A DNA stretch of 64,000 nt from Mobula hypostoma (taxonomy: Eukaryota): positions 103,666,001 through 103,730,000 of the forward strand of contig NC_086097.1 of NCBI RefSeq assembly GCF_963921235.1, read 5' to 3'. The notes beneath the pieces are model-generated. The model saw nothing but the letters and a program-made list of their open reading frames with translations. It was not told the DNA's origin and ran no database searches. Made by a program: the position numbers and the translations under genes. Below, one piece after another: positions 37,675 to 50,957 of this stretch; the first letter of the stretch is position 1, and each line of letters opens with the position of its first letter.

Positions 37675-39764
37675 TATTAGGCACCCTAACTCTAGGAAGA
37701 AAGATATTGGCTGTTCACTCCATTGATGCCTCTCATAATCTTATAAATCTTTATCAGATTGCCCCTGCCTCCACCACTCCAGAGAAAGCAGCTTAAGTTT
37801 TTTCCAACCTCTCCTTATAACACATGCCTTCCATCTAATCTAGGCAGCTTCATGGTAAATCTCTACTGCACCCTCTCCTAAACCTCCCCATCCTTTCTAA
37901 AATGCAGCGACCAAAACTGAAAACAATACTTAAGAATGGATCTAACTAGACTTTTAAATCTTGTAACATAACATCCTGACTCAAACTCAATTTCTCAACT
38001 ACTGAAGGTGAACATACTCTATCCTTTTTTTTGAAAACACACCCTATCAACTTGTGTAGCCACTTTCAGGGAGCAATGGACTTGAACCACAAGACCCCTT
38101 TCCAAATTAAAACTGTTAAAGGTTACACTGACATTGCACTGAAATTACACTGACATTCCATTTACAGTGTAATGTCCCTTTATAATTGATCCCCCAAATG
38201 CAACAGATGACATGTGGCCAGGTTAAACTCTATTTGCCATTTCTCCGCCCATTTCTGCAACTGACCTATATCCCGCAGAATCCTTTGGTAGTCTTCCACA
38301 CTATACGAAACACCACCAATCTTTGTATATTCTGCAAACATACTAACTCACCCATCCACATTTTCTTCCAGATCATTTATATCACAAACAGTGGATATCC
38401 CAATATGGATTCTTGCCAAGCAGCATGGATCCCAGACCACCAGTTAGAATAAGCCCCATCGACCACTACTCCCTGTCTTCAATAGGCAAACCAATTCTAA
38501 ATCCAAACTGAATAAGCCCTCAATGAGGGAGCTTGCAAAGTATCCCAGTAAAATCCATTCAGACAAAATCCAGAGTGCTACTTCACCTCCACAAAAAACT
38601 CAATCAAGTTAGTAAGGCACAACTTGCTGCACAAAGCACCATGCTAACTGACCCTTTTTAGACTATGGTTTTCCAAGTTTATAAAGTCTATTCCCAAGAA
38701 TCCTCTCCAGTAGCTTCCCTACCAGTGACAGAAAACTTAGTTTCTATGATTATCCTCATTTCTTTTCTTGAATACTAGAACAATATTAGCTATTTGCCAG
38801 TCCTTTGGGACATTACCTGCGACTAGAAAGGATATGGTATATATGTCAAGGCCCCCAGCAAACTTATCTCTTGCCTCTCAATAACCTGGGGTATATCCCA
38901 TCAGGTCCTGAGAACCTACCCACCCTTTTGTTCTTTTAAGAGATCCATCTTAACCTCCTTTATCTTGAAATGCCCCAGCAAATTAGCAAGCTTCAGAATG
39001 ATTTCCTTATCCTCCATGTTATTCCCCTTGGTAAATACTGATGCAAATTACTCATTTAGATCATTACCTCCAAGTGCATGTTCCCTCCTTTATCCTGGAG
39101 TTCTCCTCCTATTTCCCATCCTCTTGTTCTTAATGTTTCATTGAATCAGAATCAGATTCGCTGTCACAGACATAAGTTGTGAAATTTGCTATTTGTGGCA
39201 GCAGCACAATGCAAGACACAAAACATATCAGAGGAAACCTAACAGAGGAGAGGAAGACGCTATTCCTACAACATTGAGTGTAGGTCTTCATTGGACCTTT
39301 AGTTAGAAGTTTTTATCTGGCTGGGAGTACCAAAGGTGATTTGACATTGGACATTTGGTTATGATTAACACTAACAAGCTGCAGCTTAGGACATATGCTC
39401 AGGTCAAGGTCACACACACATTCTCCTATCATTGACTTGGAAGAGGCTTCAGAAGGACTTGCCTACTGAACACGGGCACTGTTAAGTATTGTCTGCCTAA
39501 AAGGGAGCTTGCAGGAATGCCAGGTGCATGGTGAGGGAGTACAGGGGGTGGTGTGGATTCCTTTTCCAAGTTGTCAAAAAACTACCAGTAAAGCCAACCA
39601 TCTACATTACCTTGAAGAGAAATGCGGATGAAAATAAAGAACTACATTTGAAATAAAAACTGAAAAAGCTGGAAACACTCAGCTGGTTGAACAGCATATG
39701 TGGAAAGAGAAACATAGCTAACATTTCAGGTCAAGGTTGATGCCTGACTGCAGATGAAGAGTTT

Positions 39765-40240
39765 TGAGAGGTTGGTGATGAAACATATCAACTCCTGCCT
39801 GAGAAGCAACTTGGGTCTGCTTCAATTGACCTTCTAGCACAACAGGTCCACAACAGATGCTATTTCATTGGCTCTTCACTCAACCTGGGAACATCTGGTA
39901 ATCAAAGACATACAGCAGTATGCTCTTTAGTGACTACAGCTCAGCAATAAAATACCGTAATTCCCTCAAAACTAAACAATAAGCTTCAAGACCTTGGCCT
40001 CAATACCTTCTTGTGCAATTCAATCTTTGACTTCTTCACTTGCAGAACACAGTCAGGTCGGATGAGCAACATTTCCCCCATCATCTGCATCAGCATGGGT
40101 GCACCACAAGGCTGTGTACATAGCCCCCTGTTCTACTCGCTTTATACTTATGACTGTGAGGCTAAGCACAGCTCCAATGTCACGCTTAAGATTATTGGCA
40201 ATGCCACTGTCATAGGCCAAATCAAAGATGGTGACAAATT
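39765..40240 (+). mobile_element. Rex/Babar-like RT fragment
   Basis: GAPQGCVHSPLFYSLYTYDC; homologous to 5740-5970 and 7400-7590. Confidence 0.75.
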
Positions 40241-40268
40241 TGACGCCAAAGAATACCCGTGAGTAAGA

Positions 40269-40441
40269 AACAACAGGAATTCTGCAGATGCTGTAAATTC
40301 AAGCAACATACATCAAAGTTGCTGGTCACTCTTCCTTCAGTTAGTCCTGACGAAGGGTCTCAGCCTGAAACGTCGACTGCGCTTCTTCCTATAGATGCTG
40401 CCTGGCCTGCTGCGTTCACCAGCAACTTTGATGTATGTTGT
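40269..40441 (+). mobile_element. Penelope-like insertion with inverted terminal segment
   Basis: 13-bp TSD CCCGTGAGTAAGA (40256-40268, 40442-40454); reverse arm ~40269-40326, forward arm to 40440. Confidence 0.9.
40343..40378 (+). ncRNA. Minimal type I hammerhead ribozyme motif
   Basis: Stem I AGTC/GACT, core CTGACGA (40347-40353), stem II AGG-gtctcag-CCT, GAAA, palindromic ACGT stem III, GUC triplet with predicted cut after 40374. Confidence 0.75.
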
Positions 40442-40611
40442 CCCGTGAGTAAGAGGTGGTCACCAAAGGTGGTGACAAAGCTGAACTGCCTTAAATACAC
40501 CTAATGACCTGGCTTCCACAGACACCTGTGGCAGCAAATTCCACAGATTCACCACCCTCTAGCTAAAGAAATTCCTCCTCATCTCTGTTCTAAATGGATG
40601 TCACTTTATTC

Positions 40612-40688
40612 CAGGGTTTCCCAACCATTTTTATGCCATCGACCCCTACCATAAACCGAGGGGACGTGCCCCAGGTTGGGAACTCCTG
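40612..40688. mobile_element. Tiny hAT-type MITE, 77 bp
   Basis: CAGGGTTTCCCAACC...GGTTGGGAACTCCTG; imperfect 8-bp TSD CTTTATTC/CTCCATTC. Confidence 0.75.
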
Positions 40689-42107
40689 CTCCATTCTCAG
40701 GCTGTGTGCTCTGGTTCTAGACTCCCCCACTATGGGAAGCATCCCCTCTACATCCACTCTATCTAGGCCTTTCAACATTCGCTAGGTTTCAATGAGATCC
40801 CCCTCACTCTTCTAAATTCCAGCAAGTACAGGCCCAGAGCGATATGATAACCCTTTCTTTCCCAGAATTATTCTTGTAAATTTCCCCTGAACGCTCTCCA
40901 ATGTTAGCATATCCTTTCTTCAAAAAGAGGTCCAAAACTGTCCACAGTACTCCAAGTAAGGTCTCACCAGTGCCTTATAAAGACTCAGCATGACATTCTT
41001 GTTTTTATATTCTAGTCCACATGAAATGAATTCTAATATTGCATTTACCTTTCTCACCCCCACCTCAACCTGCAAGTTAACCTTGAATTTTTGAAATTTC
41101 TCACTATTTGGAAAATAAGCTATGCTTTTATTCCTTCAACCAAAGTACATGACTTTCACTTCCTAACACTGTATACCACTGCCACTTCTTTGCCCATTCT
41201 CCTAATCTACTTGTCTTTCTGCAGCCTCCCTGTTTCCTCAACACTACCTGCTCCTCCACCGATCTTTGTATTGTCCACACAATTGACCACAAAGCCAATG
41301 TTGTCATCCAGATCATTGACATACAACGTAAAATAGCTGCCTCAATACTGACCCCTGTGGAATACCACTAGTCATCGGCAGCCAATCAGAAAAGGCAACC
41401 CTTTATTCGCACCCAATCTTTGTCTTCCATCAATCAGACAGTGCTCTATTCTGCAATGCCATGGGCTGTTATCTTGGTAAGCAGCCTCATGTGCAGCACC
41501 TTGTCAAAGGCCATCTGAAAGTCCAAGTACACAACATCCATTAATTCTCCTTTGTCGATCCTGCTTGTTATTTCATAGAAACATAGCACAATACAGGCCC
41601 TTCAGCCCACAATGCTGTGCCGAACATGTACTTACTTAGAAATTACCTACGGTTACCCATAGCCCTCTATTTTTCTAAGCTCCATGTACCTATCCAAAAG
41701 TCTCATAAAAGACCCTATCGTATCCACCTGCACCACCGTCACCAGCAGCCCATTCCACACACTCACCACTCTCTGTGTAAAAAAACTTGCCCCTGACATC
41801 TCCTCTGTACCTACTTCCAAGCACCTTAAAACTGCCCTCTCGTGTTAGCCATTTCAGCCCTGGGAAAAAGCCTCTGACTATCCACATGATCAATGCCTCT
41901 CATCATCTTATACACCTCTATCAGGTCACCTCCCATCCTCCATCGCTCCAAAGAGAAAAGGCCGAGTTCACTCAACTTATTCTCATAAGGCATGCTCCCC
42001 AATCCAGGCAACATCCTTGTAAATCTCCTCTGCACCCTTTCTATAGTTTCCGCATCCTGCCTGTAGTGAGGTGACCAGAACTAAGCACAGTATTACAAGT
42101 GGGGTAT

Positions 42108-45030
42108 GACCATAAGACCATAAGACAAAGGAGCAGAAGTAGGCCATTCGGCCCATCGAGTCTGCTCCGCCATTTTATCATGAGCTGATCCATTCTCCCA
42201 TTTAGTCCCACTCCCCCACCTTCTCACCATAACCTTTGATGCCCTGGGTACTCAGATACCTATCAATCTCTGCCTTAAATACACCCAATGACTTGGCCTC
42301 CACTGCTGCCCGTGGCAACAAATTCCATAGATTCACCACCCTCTGACTAAAAAAATTTCTTCGCATTTCTGTTCTGAAAGGGCGCCCTTCAATCCTTAAG
42401 TCATGCCCTCTCGTACTAGACTCCCCCATCATGGGAAACAACTTTGCCATATCCACTCTGACCATGCCTTTTAACATTCGAAATGTTTCTATGACGTCTC
42501 CCCTTATTCTTCTAAACTCCAAGGAATACAGTCCAAGAGCGGACAAACATTCCTCATATGTTAATCCTCTCATTCCCGGAATCATTCTAGTGAATCTTCT
42601 CTGTACCCTCTCCAATGTCAGCACATCCTTTCTTAAATAAGGAGACCAAAACTGCCCACAGTACTCCAAGTGAGGTCTCACCAGCGCCTTACAGAGCCTC
42701 AACATCACATCCCTGCTCCTATACTCTATTCCTCTAGAAATGAATGCCAACATTGCATTTGCCTTCTTCACCACTGACTCAACCTGGAGGTTAACTTTAA
42801 GGGTACCCTGTACGAGGACTCCCAAGTCCCGTTGCATCTCAGAACTTTGAATTCTTTCCCCATTTAAATAATAGTCTGCCCATTTATTTTTTCTGCCAAA
42901 GTACATAAACATACACTTTCCTGACGAAGGGTCTCGGCCTGAAACGTCGACTGCACCTCTTCCTACAGATGCTGCTTGACCTGCTGCGTTCACCAGCAAC
43001 TTTGATGTGTGTTGTTCCAACATTGTACTTCATTTGCCACTTCTCTGCCCATTCTTCCAATCTATCCAAGTCTCTCTGCAGACTCTCCGTTTCCTCAGCA
43101 CTACCGGCCCCTCCACCTATCTTCGTATCGTCAGCAAACTTAGCCACAAAGCCATCTATTCCATAATCCAAATCGTTGAAGTACAATGTAAAAAGAAGGG
43201 GCCCCAACACTGATCCCTGTGGAACACCACTGGTAACCGGCAGCCAACCAGAATAGGATCCCTTTATTCCCACTCTCTGTTTCCTGCCAATCAGCCAACA
43301 CTCTATCCACGTATGTAACTTTCCTGTAATTCCATGGGCTCTTATCTTGTTAAGTAGCCTCATGTGTGGCACCTTGTCAAAGGCCTTCTGAAAATCCAAA
43401 TATACAGCATCCACTGCATCTCCCTTGTCTAGCCTACTGGTAATTTCCTCAAAAAATTGTAATAGGATTGTCAGGCAGGATTTTCCTTTAAGGAATCCAT
43501 GCTGAGTTCTGCCTATCTTGTCATATGCCTCCAGGTACTCTGTAACCCCATCCTTGACAATCGACTTCAACAACTTCCCAACCACCGATGTCAAGCTAAC
43601 AGGTCTATAATTTCCTTTTTGCTTCCTTGCCCCCTTCTTAAATAGCGGAGTGACATTTGCAATCTTCCAGTCTTCCGGAACCATGCCAGAATCTATCGAC
43701 TTTTGAAAGATCATCGCTAATGCCTCCGCAATCTCCACAGCTACTTCCTTCAGAACACGAGGGTGCATTCCATCTGGTCCGGGAGATTTATCTACCTTTA
43801 GCTTATTCAGCTTCCTGAGTACTTTCTCTGTCGTAATTGTGACTGCGCACACTTCTCTTCCCTGCCACCCTTGAGTGTCTGGTATACTGCTGATGTCTTC
43901 CTCAGTGAAGACTGATGCAAAATACTCGTTCAGTTCCTCTGCCATCTCCTTATCTCCCATTACAATTTCTCCAGCATCATTTTCTATCGGTCCTATATCT
44001 ACTCTCACCTGTCTTTTACTCTTTATATACTTGAAAAAGCTTTTAGTATCCTCTTTGATATTATTTGCTAGCTTCCTTTCATAGTTAATCTTTTCTCTCT
44101 TAATGACCTTCTTAGTTTCCTTTTGTAAGGTTTTAAAAACTTCCCAATCCTCTGTCTTCCCACTAATTTTTGCTTCCTTGTATGCCCTCTCCTTTGCTTT
44201 AACTTTGGCTTTGACTTCTCTTGTCATCCACGGTTGCATCCTTTTTCCACTCGAAAATTTCTTCGTTTTTGGAATATACCTGTCTTGCACATTCCTCACT
44301 TCTCACATAAATCCAGCCACTGCTGCTCTGCCGTCTTTCCCACCAGTGTCCCTTTCCAGTCAACTTTGGCCAGTTCCTCTCTCATGCCACTGAAATTTCC
44401 TTTACTCCACTAAAATACCAACACATCGGATTTCGGCTTCTCTTTTTCAAATGTCACAGTGAACTCAATCATGTTATGATCACTGTCTCCTAAGGGTTCC
44501 TTCACCTCAATCTCTCTAATCACTTCCAGTTCATTATACAATACCCAATCCAGTACAGCTGATCCCCTAGTGGGCTTAACAACAAGCTGTTCTAAAAAGC
44601 CATCTCGCAGACATTCTTCAAATTCTCTCTCTTGAGATCCAGTGCCGACCTGATTTTTCCAATCTACTCGCATGTTAAAATCCCCCACAATTATCATAAC
44701 ACTGCCCTTCTGACAAGCCTTTTCTATTTCCAGTTGTAATTTGTCGTCCACATCCCTGCAGCTGTTTGGAGGCCTATAAATAACTGCCATCAGGGTCCTT
44801 TTACCCCTGCTATTTCTTAGCTCAACCCATAAAGATTCTGCACCTTCCGATCCTATATCACCTCTTTCTAATGATTTAATATCAATTCTTACCAATAAAG
44901 CCACGCCTCCCCCTCTGCCTACCTTCCTATCCTTCCGATACACCGTGTATCCTTGGACGTTCAGCTCCCAGAGACATGCATCCTTTAACCAGGTCTCAGT
45001 GATGGCCACAGGGTCATCATTTATAAATAG
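42108..45030 (-). mobile_element. CR1 with near-complete ORF2 (APE+RT)
   Basis: ORFs 44410-45126 (ITETW, GDFN, SDH), 42884-44299 (RT) and 42202-43023; (ATGGTCTT)n tail. Confidence 0.93.
42921..43014 (+). mobile_element. 94-bp Penelope-like insertion beginning at the hammerhead core
   Basis: CTGACGAAGGGTCTCGGCCTGAAACGTCGACTG...GTGTGTTG; TTCC on both sides; interrupts the CR1 RT at KYNVG/KCM. Confidence 0.88.
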
Positions 45031-46159
45031 GACCAGGGTCCTATTTAGCTGTAACATTACCCCTCGGCTCTTAAACTCAACCCCACGGTTGATGAAGGCC
45101 AATGCACCATGTGCCTTCTTAACCACAGAGTCAACTTGCGCAGCAGCTTTGAGTGTCCTATGGACTCAGACCCCAAGATCCCTCTAATCCTCCACACTGC
45201 CAAGAGTCTTACCGTTAATAATACATTCTGCCATCATATTTGACCTCCCAAAATGAACCACCTCACACTTATCTGGGTTGAACTCCATCTGCCACTTCTC
45301 AGCCCAGTTTTGCATTCCATCAATGTCCCACTGTAACCTCTGACAGCCCTCCACACTATCCACAACTCCCCCAACCTTTGTGTCATCAGCAAATTTACTA
45401 ACCCACCTCTCCACTTCCTCATCCAGGTCATTTATAAAAATCACAAAGAGAAGGGGTCCCAGAACAGATCCCTGAGGCACACCACTGGTCATCAATCTCC
45501 ATGCAGAATGTGTTCCATCTACAACCACTCTTTGCCTTCTGTGAGCAAGCCAATTCTGGATCCACAAAGCAAACTTCTGGCATTCTACCAGTGTCTTCCA
45601 CAGTGAAGACTGATGCAATACACTTATTCAGATCATCCAGCATTTTCTTACTAACTCTCCAGCATCATTTTTAGTGGTTCAGTGTCTACTCTCATCTCTC
45701 CTTTACTCTTTTCATATCTGAAAAAAAACTTTTGGTATCCTCTTTGATATTATTGGCTAGCTTCCCTTAATATTTCATCTTTTCCCTCCTTATGGCTTTT
45801 TTAATTGCCTTCTGTTGGTGTTTAAAAGCTTCCCAATCCCCTAACTTCCTACTAATTTTTGCTCTGTTATATGCCTCCTCCTTTGCTTTTATATTGGCAT
45901 TGACTTCCCTTGTCACCAATAGCTGCATCATCCGGCCTTTAGACTACTTCAGCTTTGCGATGTATCTATTCTGTGCCATCCGAATTGCTCCAGCCATTGC
46001 TGTTTTGGTGTCACCCTGCTAGTGTTCCCTTCCAGACAACTTTGGCCAGGTCCTCGCTCATGCCCCTGTAGTATTCTTCACTCCACTATAAAACTGATAC
46101 ATTTGACTTTAGCTTCTCCCTCTCAAATTGCAGGTTGAATTCTATCAAATTACGATCAA

Positions 46160-48076
46160 ATGAAGAGCTGGGAAATCATTGGTGAATAAGATAAAGGGTT
46201 GGGAAGGGGGAATCTGATGGGAGAGGACAGAAGGTCATGGAAGAAAGGGAAGGGTGGGAACATTAGAGGGCGGTGATAGCAGGTAAGGTGATAAGGTGAG
46301 AGAGGGAAATGGGAATGGGGAATAGTGAGGAAGTAGGGGGCATTACCGGAAGTTCAAGAAATTTATGCCATCAGGTTGAAGTTCCCCAGACGGAATATAA
46401 GGTGTTGCTCCTTCAAACTCCTCCATCGTGGCAGTAGAGGAGGCCATGGACTGACTTGTTGGAATGGGAAGTGGACTGAAAATGGGTGGCCATTGGGAGA
46501 TCCTACTTTTTCTGGTGGATGAAGTGTAGGTGCTCGGCGAAGCACTCTCCCAATCTACATTGGGTATTACGAATATACAATAGTGCAGACTATAATCTAA
46601 ATGGGGAGCAAGTTCCAACATCAGAGGTGCAGAGGGACTTATGAGTTCTCATGCAAAACTCCCAGAAGGTTAATTTATGGGTTAAGTCTGCGGTAAAGAA
46701 GGCAAATGAAATGCTAGCATTTACTTCAAGGGGAATAGAATATAAAAACAAGGAGATAATGCTGAGGCTTTACTACTCAGGCCGCACTTGGAGTATTGTC
46801 AACAGCTTTGGGCCCCATATTTCAGAAGGAATGTGTTGTCATTGGGGAGAGTTCAGAGGAGGTTCACAAGGATGATTCTGGGAATGAAGGGGTTAACACA
46901 TGAGGAACACTTGGCAGCTTTGGGCCTGTACTCACCAGAATTTAGAAGAATGTGGGTGGGGGGGAGGATCTCATTGAAACCTACTGAATGTTCAATCAGA
47001 TAAGGTGAATATGGAGAGGGTGTTTCCTATGGTGGGGGTATCCAGAACTAAAGGGTACATCCTCAAAATTGAGGGGCAACCTTTTAGAACAGAAGTAAGG
47101 AGGAATATTTTTAGCTGTGGAATGCTCTGCCACAGACTATGGTGGAGCCCAAGTCCGTGGGTATATTTAAGGTGGAAGTTGATAGTTTCTTGATCGGTCA
47201 GGGCACCAAAGGATATGGTGAGAAGGCAGGTGTATGGAGTTAAGTGGGATCAGGGATCAGCCATGATGGAATGGTGGAGCAGACTCGATGGGCTGAATGG
47301 CCTCATTCTACTCCTATGACTTATGGTCTTATGGATATACAGGAGGCCTCACCAGGAGCACACTTGCACCTACGCATCCTCCCTCACTACCATTCAGGGG
47401 CCCAAACAGTCCTTCCAAGTGAGGTGACACTTTGCCTGTGAGTCTTTTAGGGTCATCTACTGTATCTGGTGCTCCCTGTGTGGCTTCCTGTATATCGGTG
47501 AGACCCGACGTAGATTGAGAGACCGATTCACTGAGACCCTACACTCTATCTGCCAGAAAAAGCAGGATCTCCCAGGGGCCACCCATTTTAATTCCACTTC
47601 CGTGGCCTCTTCTACTGCCACGAAGAGGCCACACTCAGGCTGGAGGAGCAACACCTTATGTCCCATTTGAATAGCCTCCAACCTGATGGCATGAGCATCC
47701 ACTTCTCAACCTTCCAATAATGCCCCTCTCCTCTGCTTCACCATTCCCCATTCCCCTCTCTCAACTTATCATCTTAACTGCTCTCCCTCTGGTGCTCCTT
47801 TCACTTCTCTTTCCTCCATGGCCTTCTATCCTCTACTATCAGATATCCCTTCTTCAGCCCTTTATCTCTTTCACCAATCAACTTCCCAGCTCTTTACTTC
47901 ACCCCTCCCTGTCCCAGCTTCACCTCTCATCTTGTGTTTCTTCCTCCCCCTCCCCCACTTTCTTATTCTGATTCATCTTTTTTCTCCAGTCCTGATGACG
48001 GGACTCAGCCAAAAATATCAACTGTTTACTGGATGCTGCCTGACCTGCCAAGTTCCTCCAGCATTTTGTGTGTGTT
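46160..48076. mobile_element. Penelope-like element with GIY-YIG endonuclease remnant, inverted arms, split by a CR1 fragment
   Basis: Plus arm encodes VIYCIWCSLCGFLYIGETRRRLRDRF (47452 onward) and ends with a decayed hammerhead at ~47987-48024; minus arm 46160-46579 and 47335-47360. Confidence 0.82.
46580..47334 (+). mobile_element. CR1 3' fragment
   Basis: 7-bp TSD ATATACA (46573-46579, 47335-47341); RVQRRFTRMI; TCTTATGG tail. Confidence 0.85.
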
Positions 48077-48254
48077 ATCCAAGTGACCATCACATTTTCA
48101 TAAAAGCAAAACATTAGTCTTTGCAATTTATGCTTTCAGAACACATTTTAGTCAGAGAATAAAACAGTGTAACATCACTAGTAGCTGTAAGATCCATTTT
48201 TTTCAAGACATGCTGAAAACTACAACATTCCCACATTTACTGAGGTCGTTTACT

Positions 48255-49930
48255 ATGTCATCACTGAATCACCACTAAAAGAAGATTATAGCTGGGAGCT
48301 TAACACCCAAGGATACACTTCGCATCAAAAGGACAGGCAGGTAGGCAGAGGAGGTGGGCTGCTCTGTTGGTAAAAAACATATGAAATCAAGTCATTAGAA
48401 AGAGGAAGGTGACATAGGATCAGAAGGTATAAAATCATTGAGTCCAGTAAAGAAACTGCAAAAGTAAAGAGTCCCTGTTGCAAGTTATATACAGACCTCC
48501 AAACAGTAGCAATGAAGTGGTTTACAAATTACACCTGGAGATAGAAAATACCTATCAAAAGAGCAATGTTACAATAGTAACATTGGAGCATTTCAATATG
48601 CAGATAGATTGCAGAATTCAGGTTGGTGCTGGATCCCAAGAAGGGGAATTTATAGAATGCCTACGAGATGGCTTTCTAGAGCAGCTTGTGTTTGAGCCCA
48701 CGAGGGGATCTGCTATTCTGGATTGGGTGTTGTGCAATGAACCGGAATTGATTAGAGACGTTAAGGCAAAGGAACTCCAAGGAGGCAGTGATCATAATTC
48801 ACCCTGCAATTTGAGGAGAAGCTATAGTCAGACATATCAGTATTACAGTGGAGTAAAGTGAATTAGAGGCATGAGAACAGAGCTGGCCAGAATTGATTGG
48901 AAGGGAACATTAGCAGCGATGACAGTAGAGCAACAATGGCTGAAGTTTCTGAGAGCAATTCCAAAGGTGCAATATAAATACATTACAAAAGCAGGATGAC
49001 ACAACTGTGGCTGATAATGGAGTCAATTGTTAAGGATGTGTATTCAGGGTACTGGAGGCCCACGACAAAACAGGCCGAAGTCAACATGATTTCCTTAAGG
49101 GAAAATCTTGCCTGACAAATCTGTTGGAATTCTTCAAAGAAATAGCAAGCAGGATAGGCAAACAAAAATATTTGGATGTTGTGTACTTAGATTTTCAGAA
49201 GGCCTTGGCAAAGTGCCACATATGAGGCTCCTTAACAAGTTAAGAGCCCATGGTATAACAAGAAAGATGCAAGCATGGATAGAACATTGGCTGATTGACA
49301 GTAGGCAAAGAGTGGGAATAAAGGGAGCCTTTTATGGTTGGGTGTTCCATAGGTGTCTGCGTTGGGACTGCGTCTTTTTCCATTATATGTTAACGATTTG
49401 GATGAAGGAATTGATTGCTTTGTGGCCATGTTGCGGACAATACGAAGATAGGTCGAGTATCTATCTATTTAACAATCTATCTATCCTTGTAAATTTTCTC
49501 TGTACACTTTCAACCTTATTTACATCTTTCCTGTAGGTAGGTGACCAAAACTGCACACAGTACTCCAAATATGGCCTCACCAACATCTTATACAACTTCA
49601 ACATCCCATCTCCTGTTCTCAATACTTTGATTTATGAAGGCCAATGTGCCAAAAGCTTTCTTTATGACTTTATCTACCTGTGCCACTACTTTTAATTAAT
49701 CATGGACCTATTTTCCCAGTTCCCTTCGTTCTACTGCACTCCTCAGTGCCTTACATTCACAGTGTGTGACCTACCCTGGTTCATTCTACTATAAAGCAAC
49801 ACCACACACCTGGCTGCATTAAATTCCATCTGCCATTTTTCAGCTTATTTATCCAGATGAACCAGATCCTGCTGCAAGTTCTGATAGTCTTCCTCACTGT
49901 CCATTACACCCCCAATATTGGTATCATACA
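48255..49930. mobile_element. Degraded CR1 fragments (plus ~48255-49450; minus ~49460-49930)
   Basis: VIYRPPNS, ILDWVLCNEPELI, KVPHMRLLNKLRAHGI. Confidence 0.75.
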
Positions 49931-50957
49931 CAAATTTGATCACTGGATGCAAACATTAGAACATTATAAAGTTTTTGACAAGAACAAGCCATTTCACCCA
50001 ACAAAGCTTGCCAAATTCCTATTCACACAGTGTGTTGAAATAACTATCGAGTTTAGATTTCAAAGTCTCTAAGGTACTACTCGCAACTACACAACTAGTT
50101 TGTTTCATGTTTCCACAACATGCTGTGTAAAGAAATGCTTCCTGATATTAGTCTGAAATCTCCCTTTAACTAGTCCCCACCAATGGCCCCGTGTCCACAT
50201 TGATGGATTAATTTTTAAGTAGCAGCTAGCATACTCTTTACTTATATCCTTAATAATTTTGAACACTTCTGTTATGTCTCCTCTCATCCTACATCTACTT
50301 AGGCTAAAAAGATTTAATTCTTTCAATCTTTCTTCATAGCTCATACCCTGCAGACCTGGAATAAGTCTCGTCGCCCTTCCATGGACTCTCTCCAGTGCCT
50401 TCACATCCCTCACACAATACGGAGACCAAAATTATACACAGTACTCAAGGTGTGGCCTCACAAGCACATTATACAGCTTAAAGAGGGTATCTCCAGACTC
50501 CAGAACTCCACTGAGCACATTATATAGCCCTATATTCTATCAGTCTTCCTAATCGCTTTCGTGCATTGTCTAGTTGTTGATATTGATGAGTCTATAGACA
50601 CCCAAACCCTTCTCATTCAGTGCGCGTTCTAACTCAAACCCCCTCCCATTGTATATTGATATCGAATATTTCTACTTTCTTTTTGTAATATTTTACATTT
50701 ATCTACATCAAATTTCATCTGCCATTTATCTGCCCACGTCTGGATTTTGTTTAGAACTAACCATCTTGCTTCGGCTGCCAGAATGTTATCATCCCAGTTC
50801 CCTAATTTTGTGTCATTGGCAACCTTCATTACTTTATTTGTTATGTGCTTATCCAAATCATTAATGTAAATTAAAAACAGCAGCAGCCCCAAAACTGATC
50901 CCTGCGGAACCTCACTTTTAACATCATCTAGGTGTGAAAATGATCCTCTCACTACAA

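Larger units (their letters stand above)
36930..39140 (-). mobile_element. Old degraded CR1-type LINE carrying two SINE insertions
   Basis: GAACATAGAACAGTACAGC tail at 36931; decayed RT-like sequence similar to 41575-45570. Confidence 0.65.
40492..46158 (-). mobile_element. Three nested CR1 copies: outer (~40492-41575 and ~45570-46158), middle (~41575-42107 and ~45031-45570), inner (42108-45030)
   Basis: Three distinct subfamily sequences and tails; middle copy rejoins across a GACCA duplication. Confidence 0.8.
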
